This document shows positions 1-12,777 of a DNA stretch of 64,000 nucleotides, piece by piece. Position numbers and translations under genes: made by a program. Source of the DNA: Pocillopora damicornis. Lineage: Eukaryota. The DNA lies in the NCBI RefSeq assembly GCF_003704095.1, contig NW_020847648.1, forward strand, positions 62,001-126,000. The letters run 5' to 3'. The notes beneath the pieces are model-generated. The model ran no database searches. It worked only from the letters and a program-made list of their open reading frames with translations, and was not told where the DNA came from. The stretch's first letter is position 1; the number at the start of each line of letters is the position of its first letter.

Positions 1-439
1 CATGATTACTTACATTAATCAAAACTGAAAACAAAATTCTTGAATGTGATTGGTTATCACCAGCCTGATTTGAACACTGATAGGGCAGTGTACATGTCAT
101 CCTTGTAATTTGATAGTTTAATAGGACGGTTAAAGGTACAGTTAACATGTCATGCCTGTGTAAGTGGACAGAACGCGTCATGTGCACACACTGTTGTCTC
201 ACATTTTGCTGAGTTAACTGTTGTTTATTTTTTTTTTCCATGAAAAGATATATTAATCAATGTCCATAAAGAGTTTTTTTGGTGTCATGATTTACTGTCT
301 AGTCCAATAATAAGAGGTGTTCACAAATTATTTGTAAAGCAGCACCCCCCTCAAATCTTTAACTATGCTAGTTATCTTTTATGGACTTGGTGTGCCAGTG
401 GGCATCAGTACTGATGTTTTTTCTAAATATGGTGTTAAG

Positions 440-3400
440 GCTTTGTGAAAGTTGGAGGATACAATGGTCTTTGGGAAAAGTTCGGAAGTGCCCAGGGTAG
501 TCCTTATGCAACTACTGTTGTACCCACCACAATGGCAGTCAATATGACAAACATGACGAACATGATGCTGGCGAACATGACGACTGCTATGCCAACCACT
601 GGACCTGACCTAAGCGGGTGCTTCAAATTGACTCCTTACTGGGCAAACATGTTCCGTCCAATAGATGACCCTGACTATCCATGGCTTGGATTGTGGACCA
701 CTCTTCCTATTATGGGAGTCTGGTATTGGTGTACAGATCAGGTAGGTCAAGCGTATTTTTAACCCTTTACTCCTTGACATCAGTATACATATTCTCCCTA
801 CTGTTCTCTTTACTTTTCCTATGGTGCCGATAAGGAGAATTTGTTTGAACAATCCAGAGCTTCTTTAATTGGCTAACATTTCAATCTTTTATTCATGGGA
901 CTTTAAGGTTTTGATGTAGGGGTATTGTTGTGAGGAGAAATTAGGTGCTTGTCGAAGGGTTAAAAGGCAGGGCGTGAAATTGCGCCTAATACAGGCGCAA
1001 ATGTGACTAAATTTGTCACTTTGGCGACCAAAACCTGAAAATTAGTCGCCAAATTGGCGACTAGAATGTTTCATCATAACCTTACCTAGAGATATAGTGA
1101 ATTAAAAAGATTTGCAAAGACAAATCCGCGGCAAGCTTCCTCGTTAAGTTTGTTTCCAAAATGCAGCAGATGCATTTTGATCAATAACTAGACACCATCT
1201 TGGATTTAGGTGAGCTTAAACATTGCATATCATCCATCCTAGTGTCCCCTTTGTAGCACGTTAAAGATCTTTTCCCTTACTTAATTTCTAGAACGATGAC
1301 AGCATAAAAAAAAGGTTTTGTTTGTCTTTCAAAATGGCGACCAACTTTTTTTGAATTGGCTACCACTTTGATGAATTTAGGAGCCAAGTGGCTATCAGAA
1401 AAAAAAATTAATTTCACGCCCTGAAAGGTCAAGGGGTCAAAAGGTTGAGGGTATCTGGAGGGTGTGCCCCATTTCAAGTAGGCCCCATATTTGTTGCACC
1501 CACCCAAAAATTTTGCACCCGCTTAAACCAGCTCAACCCTTTAAATTATCATATTATTTCCCTACAGTAGAATTCATTCCTTTTGTATCAAAATTGTAAT
1601 TTATTGTGATCAAATGCAAAACCTCAACAACACACTTCTGTATATATGGTAACTCAGGATGAAAATGGTTACACTTGATTGCACTTGCATGCACATTTTC
1701 TGTCAATCAAAGATCTTAACTACAATGTATGTTCAGCCCCAGTCTTCGACAAAGTCAAGTAATCAACAGCTTGAGCAAGGTGACGCTTCCATCTTTGACA
1801 TCTTTTGCATCTTTCTTTACTTCCAGGTGATTGTTCAGCGTACCTTGGGAGCTAAGAACAACATTCAGGCCAAGGCAGGTTCCATTTTTGCTGGCTTTCT
1901 GAAGATCCTGCCCATCTTCATAATGGTGATGCCAGGAATGATCAGCCGCGTCCTCTACCCTGACTCCATTGGTTGTGCGGATCCCGTCAGCTGTAAATTT
2001 CATTGCGATAATGAGTGGGGCTGCTCTAACAATGCCTATCCCAAGTAAGGTTATTGTTTAGCCTTGTTGTGTCAGTTGTTTCATTTGCACATAGCTTACC
2101 TTTTGAAGGGCACCATGCTGGTGCATGTGCTATTAAAGAATTCAGCTGTGCATGACCATTTGAAACATATTGTTTCCCCTAGAATGTTAGTCATGCGTCA
2201 ATTATAATTTTTTGAGACAGATTCTTGAACGCAAGGAAGGGAAGGTTTTCTTGGACATGTGCTTAGTGAAGTTCACTTAAATGCCCTCAAAAAATTTCTA
2301 AGTTTAATTCATATTATTGTGGTGTACTTGGAAATCTCAGGATTAAATAGGAAGTTTTCACTCTATACTGTCATCTGAAAATTACCTCTGATTTACTATG
2401 ATACCAACAACTTTACTTTTTCAATCATGTACACCCTTAAAGCACGCCATTATGTTCTCCATACTGTTTTCTTTGCATTTCTTATGGTACTGACAAGAAA
2501 AATTTGTGTAACAAGCAAGGCGGAGCTTCTTTTATTGGCAATTATTTCCTTTAGTTTTGTGACCTTATTGATTGATTTAACAGCAATGTTCACAACAGGA
2601 GAAATTTGAATTTCTCCCTTTTGTATTAGAGGAGTGAATTTTTTTTCTAAAATGTGTCTGAAATGGGATCAGGATCTCCCCCACCCTTCCCACCCCCTTA
2701 ATCCTTGCTACTCTCCTTACACACATGTTCAGAGAGGTTACTAGTCTTTGTACCTAACCATTTTTTATCTGACGGTGTGTGTCCACAGTTTTTTCTTATC
2801 AAGACATATTGGTTTGTTTTTTTTTTCTGAATAGACTGGTTCTTAATGTTCTTCCCACTGGATTGGTTGGCCTGATGATGGCAGTGATGATGGCAGCACT
2901 GATGTCTTCTCTTTCCTCTGCTTTTAACAGCAGTGCCACCATCTTTACTGTGGATGTGTGGCTCCGCTTCAGGCCAATGGTATGCGAATGTCAAGGTTTT
3001 CACCCAGAAAATATAAAATAGCCAGTAGAATAGTGTTAACCCTTTACACCCAAACATCAGTATGCATATTCTCCATACTGTTCTCTATACATTTCCAAAG
3101 AGTTTGACAGGGATAATTTGTTTAACAGTCAAGAGCTGTTTTTGTCAGTGATCATCTCCTCTATTCTCATAACTTTCATGTTTGATTCAGGGGGTGATAA
3201 TTATAGTAAGGAGAAATTAGATGCTAGTCACTCTTAGGGGCTTAAGGGTCAAGTAGCATAAAAATATTCTTTGCAGCCAAATGAAAAGTAGGTGTGGTCT
3301 TAAACATTTCGCTCAAGAATTTGGTGGAATGGGTGGAGAATTCTCTGATCTTTGGTATCCAATGAGCAGCCTTAACTTTTACTGTGGTTTTTAACTGTGA

Positions 3401-6125
3401 TGAGCTTTCCAAAGGTCTCCTGTCACTCCACCTGTCACGAACAGACCTTGCCATCATAAGTACATGTAATTCTAAACTTTACTTACCTGATGCTTAAAAT
3501 GTAAACGGTGGAGGGATGGGGAAGTTGAAAACTGAAGGCAAAAGCTACTGTTATCAGAGAAATGAGTTTAGCACTTTGTGGGATTCTACATACACATGTA
3601 CACATACCTTATTTTATACCTCAGTCGCGATAATGAAGAGATCCTCTGGACAGTATTTGTAAAGAGGCTGTTTCTTCAGGTAGTGTGTTAGCTAAGCAAA
3701 GACTGTCTTCTCTTTGTAAGTATTTACAAATTGCATTTCTTTCTTTTTCATGCTGCAGGCCACAGAAAGAGAAAAAGTCATTGTTGGCCGGGTGGTTGTT
3801 GCCCTCCTTGTGGTTGTCAGTTTATGTTGGTTGCCAATCATTCAAGGTATTTCAACTCATTATTATCAACATCATCATCACTGGGCATCATATGGATTCT
3901 GTATGTCTCTTAGGGAATGAACAAGTTTCCAGAATTTAGCCAGCATTTGAGGGCCACAAAGCTGGCTCCAAAAATTAATTCTTTTAAGTGGAGTCCTGGC
4001 GATTGTGTTAATTGTTCTCTCCATGATTTTTTCTTCTTTGGTGCTGCATGTAGGTAGCCTGCTTGACAATTCTTTTTCTCACAACACTGGAAATAATTTG
4101 TCCAGTTAAAGTTATTTTTACTCAGGCACAGCCCATTATTGGCCAAAAGAATATTTATCATGCCATATCTTAATGAATTTTCCCTCCTGCCTCCCATCCC
4201 CACAAAACAAGTTTATTTACAATTCCATTATTGCACATGCAGCCTTAAATACACCTGTATTTAAAACTTGAACTAAGCTTGGAATTAGATTCTTCTCTGC
4301 ATGCTCAAACAACTGGACAAAATGACCAGCCATCTGAGGAGTTAACCAGACTAAACCTTTATTTGGACATTGGCTACTGAGCACCAGTTATTTCAAGCCC
4401 TGAATTATGTAAATCATTTCGCTCCTGACAAAACAGTACTATCATAATTTTCAAGCATTAAAAAGATAGGTAACCACTTGATATCAGTTTGCTTTTTTGT
4501 GAATCATGTCCACATGGCTATAGAACACTCTCGAGTCAAACCAGTCATTTTATATTTATGTACATTTTTGTCAACAGGTGCTGCAGGGAAACAGCTTTTT
4601 GTTTACATTCAGACAATCCAATCCTACCTTGCCCCACCAATTACTATGGTGTTTGGGTTGGGTATCCTGTGGACAGGTCTGACAGCAGCAGGAGCGCTGT
4701 CAGGCTTGGTGATTGGGTTCTTGCTGGGAATGGCCAAGTTTATTGCTGGTAATATTTGGTCAGATCCTAAGTGTGGTGAAGAAGATACACGACCTGGATT
4801 TGCTAAAATGCATTTCATGTTTTATGGTGAGTAAATTTGATTGTTGAGGATAAAAAGTTTTGAAAATTATACAATAAGAGTGACAGCTAAAGAAACAAAA
4901 TGAACAGGTTAGTGTGCCAGAATCTGCTTTCCTATTCTTCAAATTTTGATTTCAAAATATGGCTTGGAAATGCTCTTTATTTTTGCTTTGGTTTTTAATA
5001 ATTACACTTTGGGATTCTCACCCACAAACTAAAAGTTAGAGCTATTTTGTCTGGCAAAATGAACCATACCCAGTTGAGCAAAGGATACAGTTATAAACTC
5101 GAACAGAACAGGAACTGCCACCAAAAGCATGTTGAATGGTATCTGTGTGAGAGTAGTTCTCATCACCCTTTCCGGCTTCATTTCAATGACCACAACCCTG
5201 AGGGCAATGGGTGTTTCTTAAATTTCTTACCCCAGGTTGATGGTCCAGTTTTATAGAAGGTCATCAAATACCAAAATTTTAACTTTTTCATTTTCTAGCC
5301 ATCATTATTTTTGGAGTGAGTGGCTTTATCATGGTTGTGGTGAGTTTGTTCACAAAGAAGATCCCACGAGACGAGCTTGGTGGCCTGACTTGGCCAACAA
5401 TCAATGAGCCTCCCATCTCATTTGGATCCATTGGCGAAGCAGATGAAGCTGAGAAGGTGGAAATTGGTGGTGTGACTGGTACCGAAAAAGTCGAGCTTTT
5501 GGAAAAGAATGGTAAGGTTTCATTGTTGGTGAAGATTATTTATGCGGAACATTTTGGGGATTTTGTTTATTGTGGTTGAGTTACAAACAGTTGCAGAATC
5601 AAAACAAGTCGTGGTGGACCAAATATGTATTGTGTGAATGATGAAATATCACCCTACAGTGTATTTTAAAATGAAACTCTCATGAATAGCCAAGACGGAA
5701 TTTTTTTCAAGCAGATAAGTGATGAGTAATGTATCAACATTGGGATTGTTAGTTGATATAATACAAATTCTCGGAACTAACATCGTAAGAATTGTATGGT
5801 AGACAGTAAGGAGATTTACTAATGAGATCGAAGGGTTAAAATTCTCCGCCATTGGTAAATTTCAGGCCATCTAAGTCCAACAACTCGTGTGGAAACTTCT
5901 TTCGACGCTGATGGAGAAGTTACCAAAATCGAGGAAAAGAATGCTGTTCCACCCAAGCCGAATGTGAATGGCGAGACTATGGCACTGGAAGATGCAACAG
6001 GCGAGAAAATCAAACTGAGTGTAGTCCAGTTTGTCGAGGAAGATCCTGCTCTGAAGTGGTTTTTACGAATCATGACTGTCCTGTTACTGGTTTGTCTAGT
6101 TTTCCTGTGGGTGTACTTTCGCTAA
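440..6125 (+). CDS. Sodium/glucose(-myo-inositol) cotransporter, SLC5/SGLT family; 3' part (5' exons lie upstream of the window)
   Basis: GT-AG exons with consistent phases: 440-741, 1827-2044, 2835-2979, 3759-3846, 4578-4826, 5299-5511, 5866-6125 (TAA). SSS family motifs: WYWCTDQ|[90 protein letters not shown] and a terminal TM helix. The exact SLC5A orthologue cannot be assigned by eye. Confidence 0.93.
763..959. mobile_element. piggyBac-like MITE (about 200 bp)
   Basis: TTAA|CCCTTT...AAGGG|TTAA termini. Related copies at about 2434-2610, 3040-3248, 12040-12275, 17205-17390, 17950-18035, 25050-25255, 26436-26646, 33040-33244, 38478-38665, 48596-48797 and 58444-58631. Confidence 0.7.
968..1423. 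mobile_element. Non-autonomous hAT-like element with 5-bp TSD (hAT5-like)
   Basis: 14-bp TIR CAGGGCGTGAAATT / AATTTCACGCCCTG, flanked by direct repeat AAAGG (963-967 and 1424-1428). Confidence 0.75.
3040..3248. mobile_element. piggyBac-like MITE copy
   Basis: TTAA CCCTTT start and AAGGG end; internal sequence (atcagtatgcatattctccatactgttctc...) shared with 763-959. Confidence 0.65.
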
Positions 6126-6537
6126 GCGACATGTACAGTATAATTTGTCGATCCTCGCATATAGTGTGATGTAAAGATATGCTAAGGTGCGGTGATCATA
6201 TTAATAGGTTGTGCATCACCATGTACATCATGTATATCCTCATATAATCTCATGCTGGTTGATAAGTACCTAAATATGTACGTGAGGGTCGAGAAACCGA
6301 CCGCAAATATTTTAATGTTTGTGCAATAAGAGGTGTAATGGTATTTGTGTTGTCTCCCTGATAGAAGAGAGATGTGTTGGAAACGGTGAAATCTTTGATT
6401 AATTTTGTGGTGTAGACTATTTTTCCTTTAATATAGTAAGGGTATAGTCCTGCAGATTTTCAAAGCCAACCGGAACGTTCATTTAATTATGATGGTGAAG
6501 ACATTGATCTGGAAACCAAACCAAATTTAACGACACT

Positions 6538-6597
6538 CATCGTTGTGGTCATCGTCATCATTATCATTATCATCATCATCATCACAAACAACAACAA
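6538..6597. repeat. (CAT)n / (CAA)n microsatellite
   Basis: catcgtcatcattatcattatcatcatcatcatcacaaacaacaac. Confidence 0.7.
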
Positions 6598-7184
6598 ATA
6601 TATTAAATGGAATTACAACAGTAATCAAGAGAATTCGAGAAAGTCTTAGGCCTTTTATGGTAGGTTCTAAGATAGTGAACCTGTGTGGCTCAGTTAATCC
6701 TACTTAAATTTTGTTTTAGAATTACACATCCATTTTGTTGTCTTCATTACTGTGAAGCTTGAGGGAGTATCGAATCAGGTCTAAATACTCTTTTACGGCA
6801 AATTTCGAAGTTACAGTCCTCGTCTGAAAGTTTTGAAAGCTTTCTTGCCTCGTCTTCCCTTACTTCTATTGTCGAAGACTATTCTGTTTAACCCTAAGAA
6901 AAAGAAACTAGATTTCATATTCACGTAGAAGTGTATATTTAATAAGGTTTGACAGAAAGGTTTGCGTGTGTATAATGTAAACATCTCGTATAAGCTAGAC
7001 TTTGCTCCGGGGCAAGTTTTTGCATAGCTAATTAAACGTGTAGCCTTTGGTCACGATAAAAACCTGGCTAGGTTTTGAACCAGTTTATACAAAAGAGACA
7101 GTAGAGAAAGAGAGAGCAGTTTCGTTTTACTCTGTGCTTGGCATTAGTTTTCCTATTTTTCTGCCCCTTTTTAATGACAGCAAG

Positions 7185-7350
7185 CTTTCGCGCGCTTTTA
7201 TGTGTTTTTGCGCTCTGCGCATCGGTAGCAGATTTTCCCGCTCTTGGCACTGGTTACCAATATTTTCCCGCCTTTGGAAACGGCTGCTAAGTTTCCCGCT
7301 CATGGTATTAGTAACAGATTTTCCTACTCCTACCACCGTTAAAATGCCCA
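7185..7350. repeat. Degenerate minisatellite of about 28-30 bp units (ttttcccgc(g/t)cttggcac(c/t)ggtt...)
   Basis: About six imperfect units, each starting tttt(c)ccgc. They explain the spurious ORFs at 7047-7451. Confidence 0.55.
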
Positions 7351-9836
7351 CTTTCCCTTATTGGGCGTCGGTGTCCATTTTTATGCCATTTAACAAGTCG
7401 TCATGTGGTCTCAAGATTATATTTTTTTTCCGTTGTTGTTGTTGTTGTTGATTTAAAGTAATTTTTCGCCAGGAACGAACAAAAACACTCAGAAAAAACT
7501 CAAAAAATTCTTTTTTTTCGTCATAGAAAAGTGGTTGTACGAGTCAAAGGTTTCTGCCTTTCTTTCTTTTGTTTGTTTGTTTGTTTAAGGGGTTTTATCA
7601 TTGTTATTTTTTTATTTTTCAAGTGAGGTCAGATTTCTCCATTTTTGAGGGGTTTTTTGTTCGATTTTAGGCAGTTTTCTCGTTCAACACACTTTCCTTT
7701 GTTTTGAGCCAGCAAAACAACGGAAAGAAAAACCTAAACCAAAGGTTTTAACCATAGCATTTACTGTACGCATAAATTATGGATTTAGGATTCTTCACAT
7801 TTAAATGTTAGAGTGTGAGCTGCTCTAGACATTGCTTGCTTTAAAGTGGTGAAAATAATTAAGATATCGGTGTGACATTTTTGTAGATTGAGCAAAATTG
7901 TTCAAGGATTGTGGAGCAAAACCTGCCTAGAGCTTTTAACATGTTATCATATAAATATTTAAGATGAACATAATATGTAGACCTAGGAATTTTTAAGTAT
8001 ACCAAACTCAGGTTAGGCTTGAACTGTCAGGAGTTTAAGAGTAAATTAAGAGCCAGTTCAACATACATACTAGCTTCAATTATCCTCTGTAAACTAGAAA
8101 GTCAGTATTATGACAAAGTGGCTTTCTGAAACGGAGATGAGAGGTAAAGATTGGGAAGGGGTAGATGTGGAATGTCCCTCCCGAGTTGGCCGAGATTGAA
8201 CCAAAGTGGAACTCACAGTAAATAATCCTTTACCTCTCGCACCCGTTTAGATTTCACTGTACAAACGGGACTTCCGATCAGGAGTGTAGACAGTTGATTA
8301 AAGCTCAATGTACAAGTTCTTGGTGTGTTCGTAGATCTTGAGCTCCCGAGTTCCCGTGGTCTCTAATTTACACACCCCACCCCCGTCAAACTTTTTGTGC
8401 CCCATTAAGAATTGCAAACTGCTCTCCTGCGCTTAAAGAGGTGAAGTTACGAAATTCACGCCAAAAAAATTCGGCTGTTGTCAACACTCAAAAGGGGTGG
8501 GAAGGGGTGAAGTTGTGACAGTTGGCAACACGTGACGAACATTGGATCTTTGGTATCAAAATTGCCATCCCAGTGATGATACCGAATGGCAATGTGTTAT
8601 CCCTCGCCATGAATCTTTCTGAGTACACTCTTGCTTTTTCCTGCTTTTCACAACGATGAACGATTAGTGCCTGAGAATGAACTAAGCCAATGGAAGGAAA
8701 GAAGGAAACCTTCGGACCAAACTTAGCGTCAATGATGTTTACTTATCGCCTGGGTGGGAGGGCCGGAAGGAAAAATATTTGGCTCGTGGTCACTTCAGCT
8801 TTCGCAATGTTTTCTTTTGGATTGCACTTATGGACTCTCATTTTACGCCCTACTTCATCTTCCGTCGGAAATATGAGCCCGCGCTCCTGAAGACCGGACA
8901 CGAAAAAGTGGTGGAATTGAGCCCAGACTGTGACGGGTCATGATAAATTCCATTATTTTCTTTCTTCCCCTTCCGGTGACAAGCTCCCCTTCTTAAACTC
9001 TAGTCTGCAGTAATTTTTCCTCCTCTTCAACGCTTCCCACTCACCTCGAAATGAAAAACTGTACAATACTAAGTTGGTTGTCTTATAATTGTAGAAGGTA
9101 GCGTTGCGGTACAGTAAATACTTGTTTCGAAAGCCTGCAACAGCTTCCGGTTTTAACATCAAAAGCTTTGAACCGTAGAGCAATAAATTATCTCTGATAT
9201 TCATTTCATATTGGCGATAAAGCAGGAGAAAATCGAGTAACTTGTGTTTCAACTAGCTCGCAGAAAAATTTTGGTAGATAAGTCCCCTTCCTTGATGAGA
9301 TTTCCCACCCCCTCGATCTTCCCTCAGCCTGCCATCAGGCTTCATGAAAGCCTGAGATGTTAATAAACTCCAAGAGTCTGGGCTCCACTTCTCGGTCTCT
9401 GACCTTCGTTAGAGGGTGTCTTATTAAAGCATAAAATATTCTTAACTGCGAAGCCATCATTTTCGAACTGTTTACATTTCCAGTCAAATTATGATTTAAA
9501 GTTAAAAATACGTTGTGAAGCTTCCAGTTCCTTTGTGTGACTTTGGATCTCGAGCGAGGTCTGGGGTAAGCGTCCTAAAGCCTTGACTTTTCGCCGAAAA
9601 AGGCCGGAAACATTTTGGAGTTCTTGGAAAGATACGCATCAGTGAGACGTGTCGAAGACGTTTCATGTGGAATTCAAATTTGCGTTATGAAATGATTTGC
9701 TTTCTACAGAAAGACTATCAAACCTTAATTTAAAGAGGGCTAACAGATCGCAACCACGAAAGTTTTCTTATCGCTTTAAGGGCTCCCGCGATCACAGACC
9801 TAGATCAAAGTTGGTAGAAAAAGCGATCCATACAAC

Positions 9837-11294
9837 ATGGAAGGAGCAGAGGTTGATGTTTATCATCTCGATCGTCTGCAAGCTTTCAACGACGCTGTTT
9901 TCGCCATAGTTGCCACTATCTTAGTTCTGCCGGTGCGAAAACTCGAAGAGACAGGGGCCTCGGAGCACGTCAGCTTGGAAGAACAACTAAAACATAGATG
10001 GCCCCAGCTTGTGATCTACATGGTCGGTTTTCTCATGATGTGCGCTGTATGGGAGTCTCATGTGCTTCGATTTCGTATCTTGTCACGGGTGGACGATGTC
10101 ATGATCTGGTTCAACCTTACTTCTCTGCTGTTTACTTCGTGCCTCCCGTTCACGTGCGCTCTAGAGGGAACGTTTACAACCAAGGGTACACCAATGGCGC
10201 TGGTATGCGGAAATCTAATTTCTTTGGAGATATTGGAGGTAATCATGATAGTGTATGCTTTCCGCCAGCCACGTTTGTTGGCTCAAGAATTTGACACTCT
10301 CACCCAAGATGAAATGAAGCAAAGAATGAAACTTATGCTCGTAAAGAAAGCCGTCATAGCAAGTCTTTACGTGCTCGCTGGTCTCCTTAGCTTCTTACAG
10401 AAGCCGCTAGCGCTCGTGGTAGCGGCTGTTGTCGCCGTGTCCCCTTGGATTAATCGTCTTGTCGGTGTTACTTATCGCAAATGGTCGCATATTCGTCTGA
10501 CTGACTCGGAATTCGATCGCATGTTCGGGAATTTCATCGACAAAGAGAGAGTGGAATTCTTTAGCGACGGAGTCTTCGCTATCGTGTCTACGTTGTTAAT
10601 TCTAGATGTTACAGTCGAAGATTTCCCGACGAAAGCGGAAATAAGCAGCCATGGTTTTGTATATACGATGCAAAACGTTAGGCCAGACATTTCCACGTAT
10701 GCAGTCACGTTCATAGTCGTGGCTCTTCTGTGGTTCACGCACCATTCGCTCTTCAACTACATCCATACACTAAACCAAGTAATGCTAATTCTCAACAATT
10801 TATCTCTGGCTTTCCTGGGTCTTTTTCCCCTGATCAACGCCACACTGGATCGTTACGCCGGACGCGGCAAACCAGATAGTCGCCTTGCTCTCCAAGCGGC
10901 TGCTTCAATCGTTTTCATGGCCGGCATATCTCAAGGAGTAGTGTTTATTATCGCAATATGGAAAGGCCCGACTGATCCGGAATCGCAAGAAAATCCTCGC
11001 GAGGATCCTCGCTTTCGGTGTACGGCACACTCGTATCTCGCGTTCAAGCTGGCAACTATTCCTCTCATGACCTTAATGGTGTATTTTTGGGCAACATTCG
11101 GCCCTAACACATCCTTTTCAGTAGATGTTTATTACATAGCCGGTGGATTAACCCCAGTTCTTTTCATCCTGTTAAAGCTCGTGTTATCATGTTTGCAGAG
11201 GGTTCACTATCGCCGCTCATTTCAAATACGAGAAGAAAACTGGACCATCGTAACTCATGACCTGGAATCAGAGGATTATCCTAGAGTGGTTTAG
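9837..11294 (+). CDS. TMEM175: Endosomal/lysosomal K+/H+ channel TMEM175 (two-repeat 12-TM form), single coding exon
   Basis: 485-aa ORF with two RxxxF[S/N]D repeats (RLQAFNDAVFAIVATILVLP; KERVEFFSDGVFAIVSTLLILD), WESH/WFTHHSLF motifs and a C-terminal YPRV tyrosine-type sorting motif. Confidence 0.93.
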   Translation: MEGAEVDVYHLDRLQAFNDAVFAIVATILVLPVRKLEETGASEHVSLEEQLKHRWPQLVIYMVGFLMMCAVWESHVLRFRILSRVDDVMIWFNLTSLLFTSCLPFTCALEGTFTTKGTPMALVCGNLISLEILEVIMIVYAFRQPRLLAQEFDTLTQDEMKQRMKLMLVKKAVIASLYVLAGLLSFLQKPLALVVAAVVAVSPWINRLVGVTYRKWSHIRLTDSEFDRMFGNFIDKERVEFFSDGVFAIVSTLLILDVTVEDFPTKAEISSHGFVYTMQNVRPDISTYAVTFIVVALLWFTHHSLFNYIHTLNQVMLILNNLSLAFLGLFPLINATLDRYAGRGKPDSRLALQAAASIVFMAGISQGVVFIIAIWKGPTDPESQENPREDPRFRCTAHSYLAFKLATIPLMTLMVYFWATFGPNTSFSVDVYYIAGGLTPVLFILLKLVLSCLQRVHYRRSFQIREENWTIVTHDLESEDYPRVV

Positions 11295-12124
11295 AGCCTT
11301 TAACAGAAGCCTGCAAGAAAGTTTCATTCGGAAATCGCGAGATTGTGGGCAGTCATTTGCATTGTGATGGTGCCCGTGACCTGTTACTCCTTATCTCTTT
11401 GCGCTGGCGTGACTCGTCGTTGCGTGAAGCTTCGCTCTCGCCATTTGTAAAAACGACGGAGGCTTGGGTCGGGGTACGCGGCTTGACCCAGGCCTCTCTC
11501 GTTTTCCAACCCTCCGCTACCATCGCACTGTTTGCTACCCCAATTCGTTTTTCTGACTGAACGCTTGAAACAGGCTTTCCAATCGAATTTGGACAATTAA
11601 TGTTTCGAAGTAAACCTGGCTAAAAGCAGAGACAAAAGAAAATCATCAGTTTTCTTTAAGAGGGATTTCTCTGAGCTTCTATAGAAGTAGTTTGCTTTAG
11701 AAACCATCTAATGTTTAGTTTAGCTCTTAAGATTACTTTTAGAATTGATCTACTGACTGCAAAGAATAACTTAATTTTCTAGTATTGTTCTCACCTATGT
11801 GCTCAACGTTGATTTCGGATGCCGCCATTTTGAATCTTGCTTAGCAGCCTGGCCACGCCGCTGTGACGGAAGATAGTCTCTCTCTTTCTTTCTTTCGATT
11901 TCTACTATGGCAAGGGATTCCGTTTTTCAAAATAATCAGGAGCTATGCGAAAATCTATTCTTGATTGGAATAAATATTTTCTTTTTAGGGACAACCAGGG
12001 CAGCAGTTGTTAGTGAGAATAGTGCGTTGTAGTTGTAGCTGCCTGGATCTGGTTGTAAATTCTCCCTTCCAACTGTTAATTATTTCCTCGTTAATTTATT
12101 AAAATTTATTATTATGAGATTAAG

Positions 12125-12125
<1 letters not shown>

Positions 12126-12155
<30 letters not shown>

Positions 12156-12156
12156 T
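12126..12156. repeat. (TTA)n microsatellite
   Basis: tttattattattattattattattattatt. Confidence 0.8.
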
Positions 12157-12754
12157 AATATTAAATCAAGATAACAACCTCTTCCTGATAAGTTTGGGTC
12201 TTCTCATTACCTGTATACTTGGCAATGTATGGATTTTATTGGGAGAAGTTACATGTTTATCACTTCTGGAGGGTTACATGGTTAATAAAAGTTTCACTTT
12301 ACCCTGCTCGGTTCTTGATAAGCTAACTTCCCAGATCCGGAATTTCAGAATATTTGATAAATTGTTTAATGCCATTCTTTCACAGAAAAAAAATATAATA
12401 GAAACATCTGGCCTGGGTCGTTCAAAGCTGAGTTTAGATAACTCAGGAGTTAGTCTGAAAGCTGATTTCTGGTCTGAAAGCTTCAAAAGATCTAGAAAAT
12501 GCAGTTCAAATCTTTTTGCTTGCAATTTGATCACTGGATGTTCTAACGAGAATAGGGAAAATTGTCTCTAAAAGGTTTTTGAACAAAGGAATAAAGAAAC
12601 CTGGATTAAAGTTTACCCCTGAGTTAGCGCTAATCGGCCTTCGAACAACTGGGCCCTAGGCACACATGAAACTGTTAAGGGTGCAATGTGCGAAACATTT
12701 TCTTCCTGTTTACATATCGACATTTTTTTTTTAGATTTATTTGACAAAAAAAAA

Positions 12755-12777
12755 AATATATATATATATATATATAT
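12755..12777. repeat. (TA)n microsatellite after a poly-A run
   Basis: aaaaaaaaaaatatatatatatatatatatat. Confidence 0.8.

Noticed and set aside
3396-3490. Possible C/D box snoRNA in an SLC5 intron
   Set aside because: Boxes alone are expected by chance; no stem or guide identified.
7047-7451. 134-aa ORF downstream of SLC5
   Set aside because: Spans a minisatellite and low-complexity sequence; no protein-like features.
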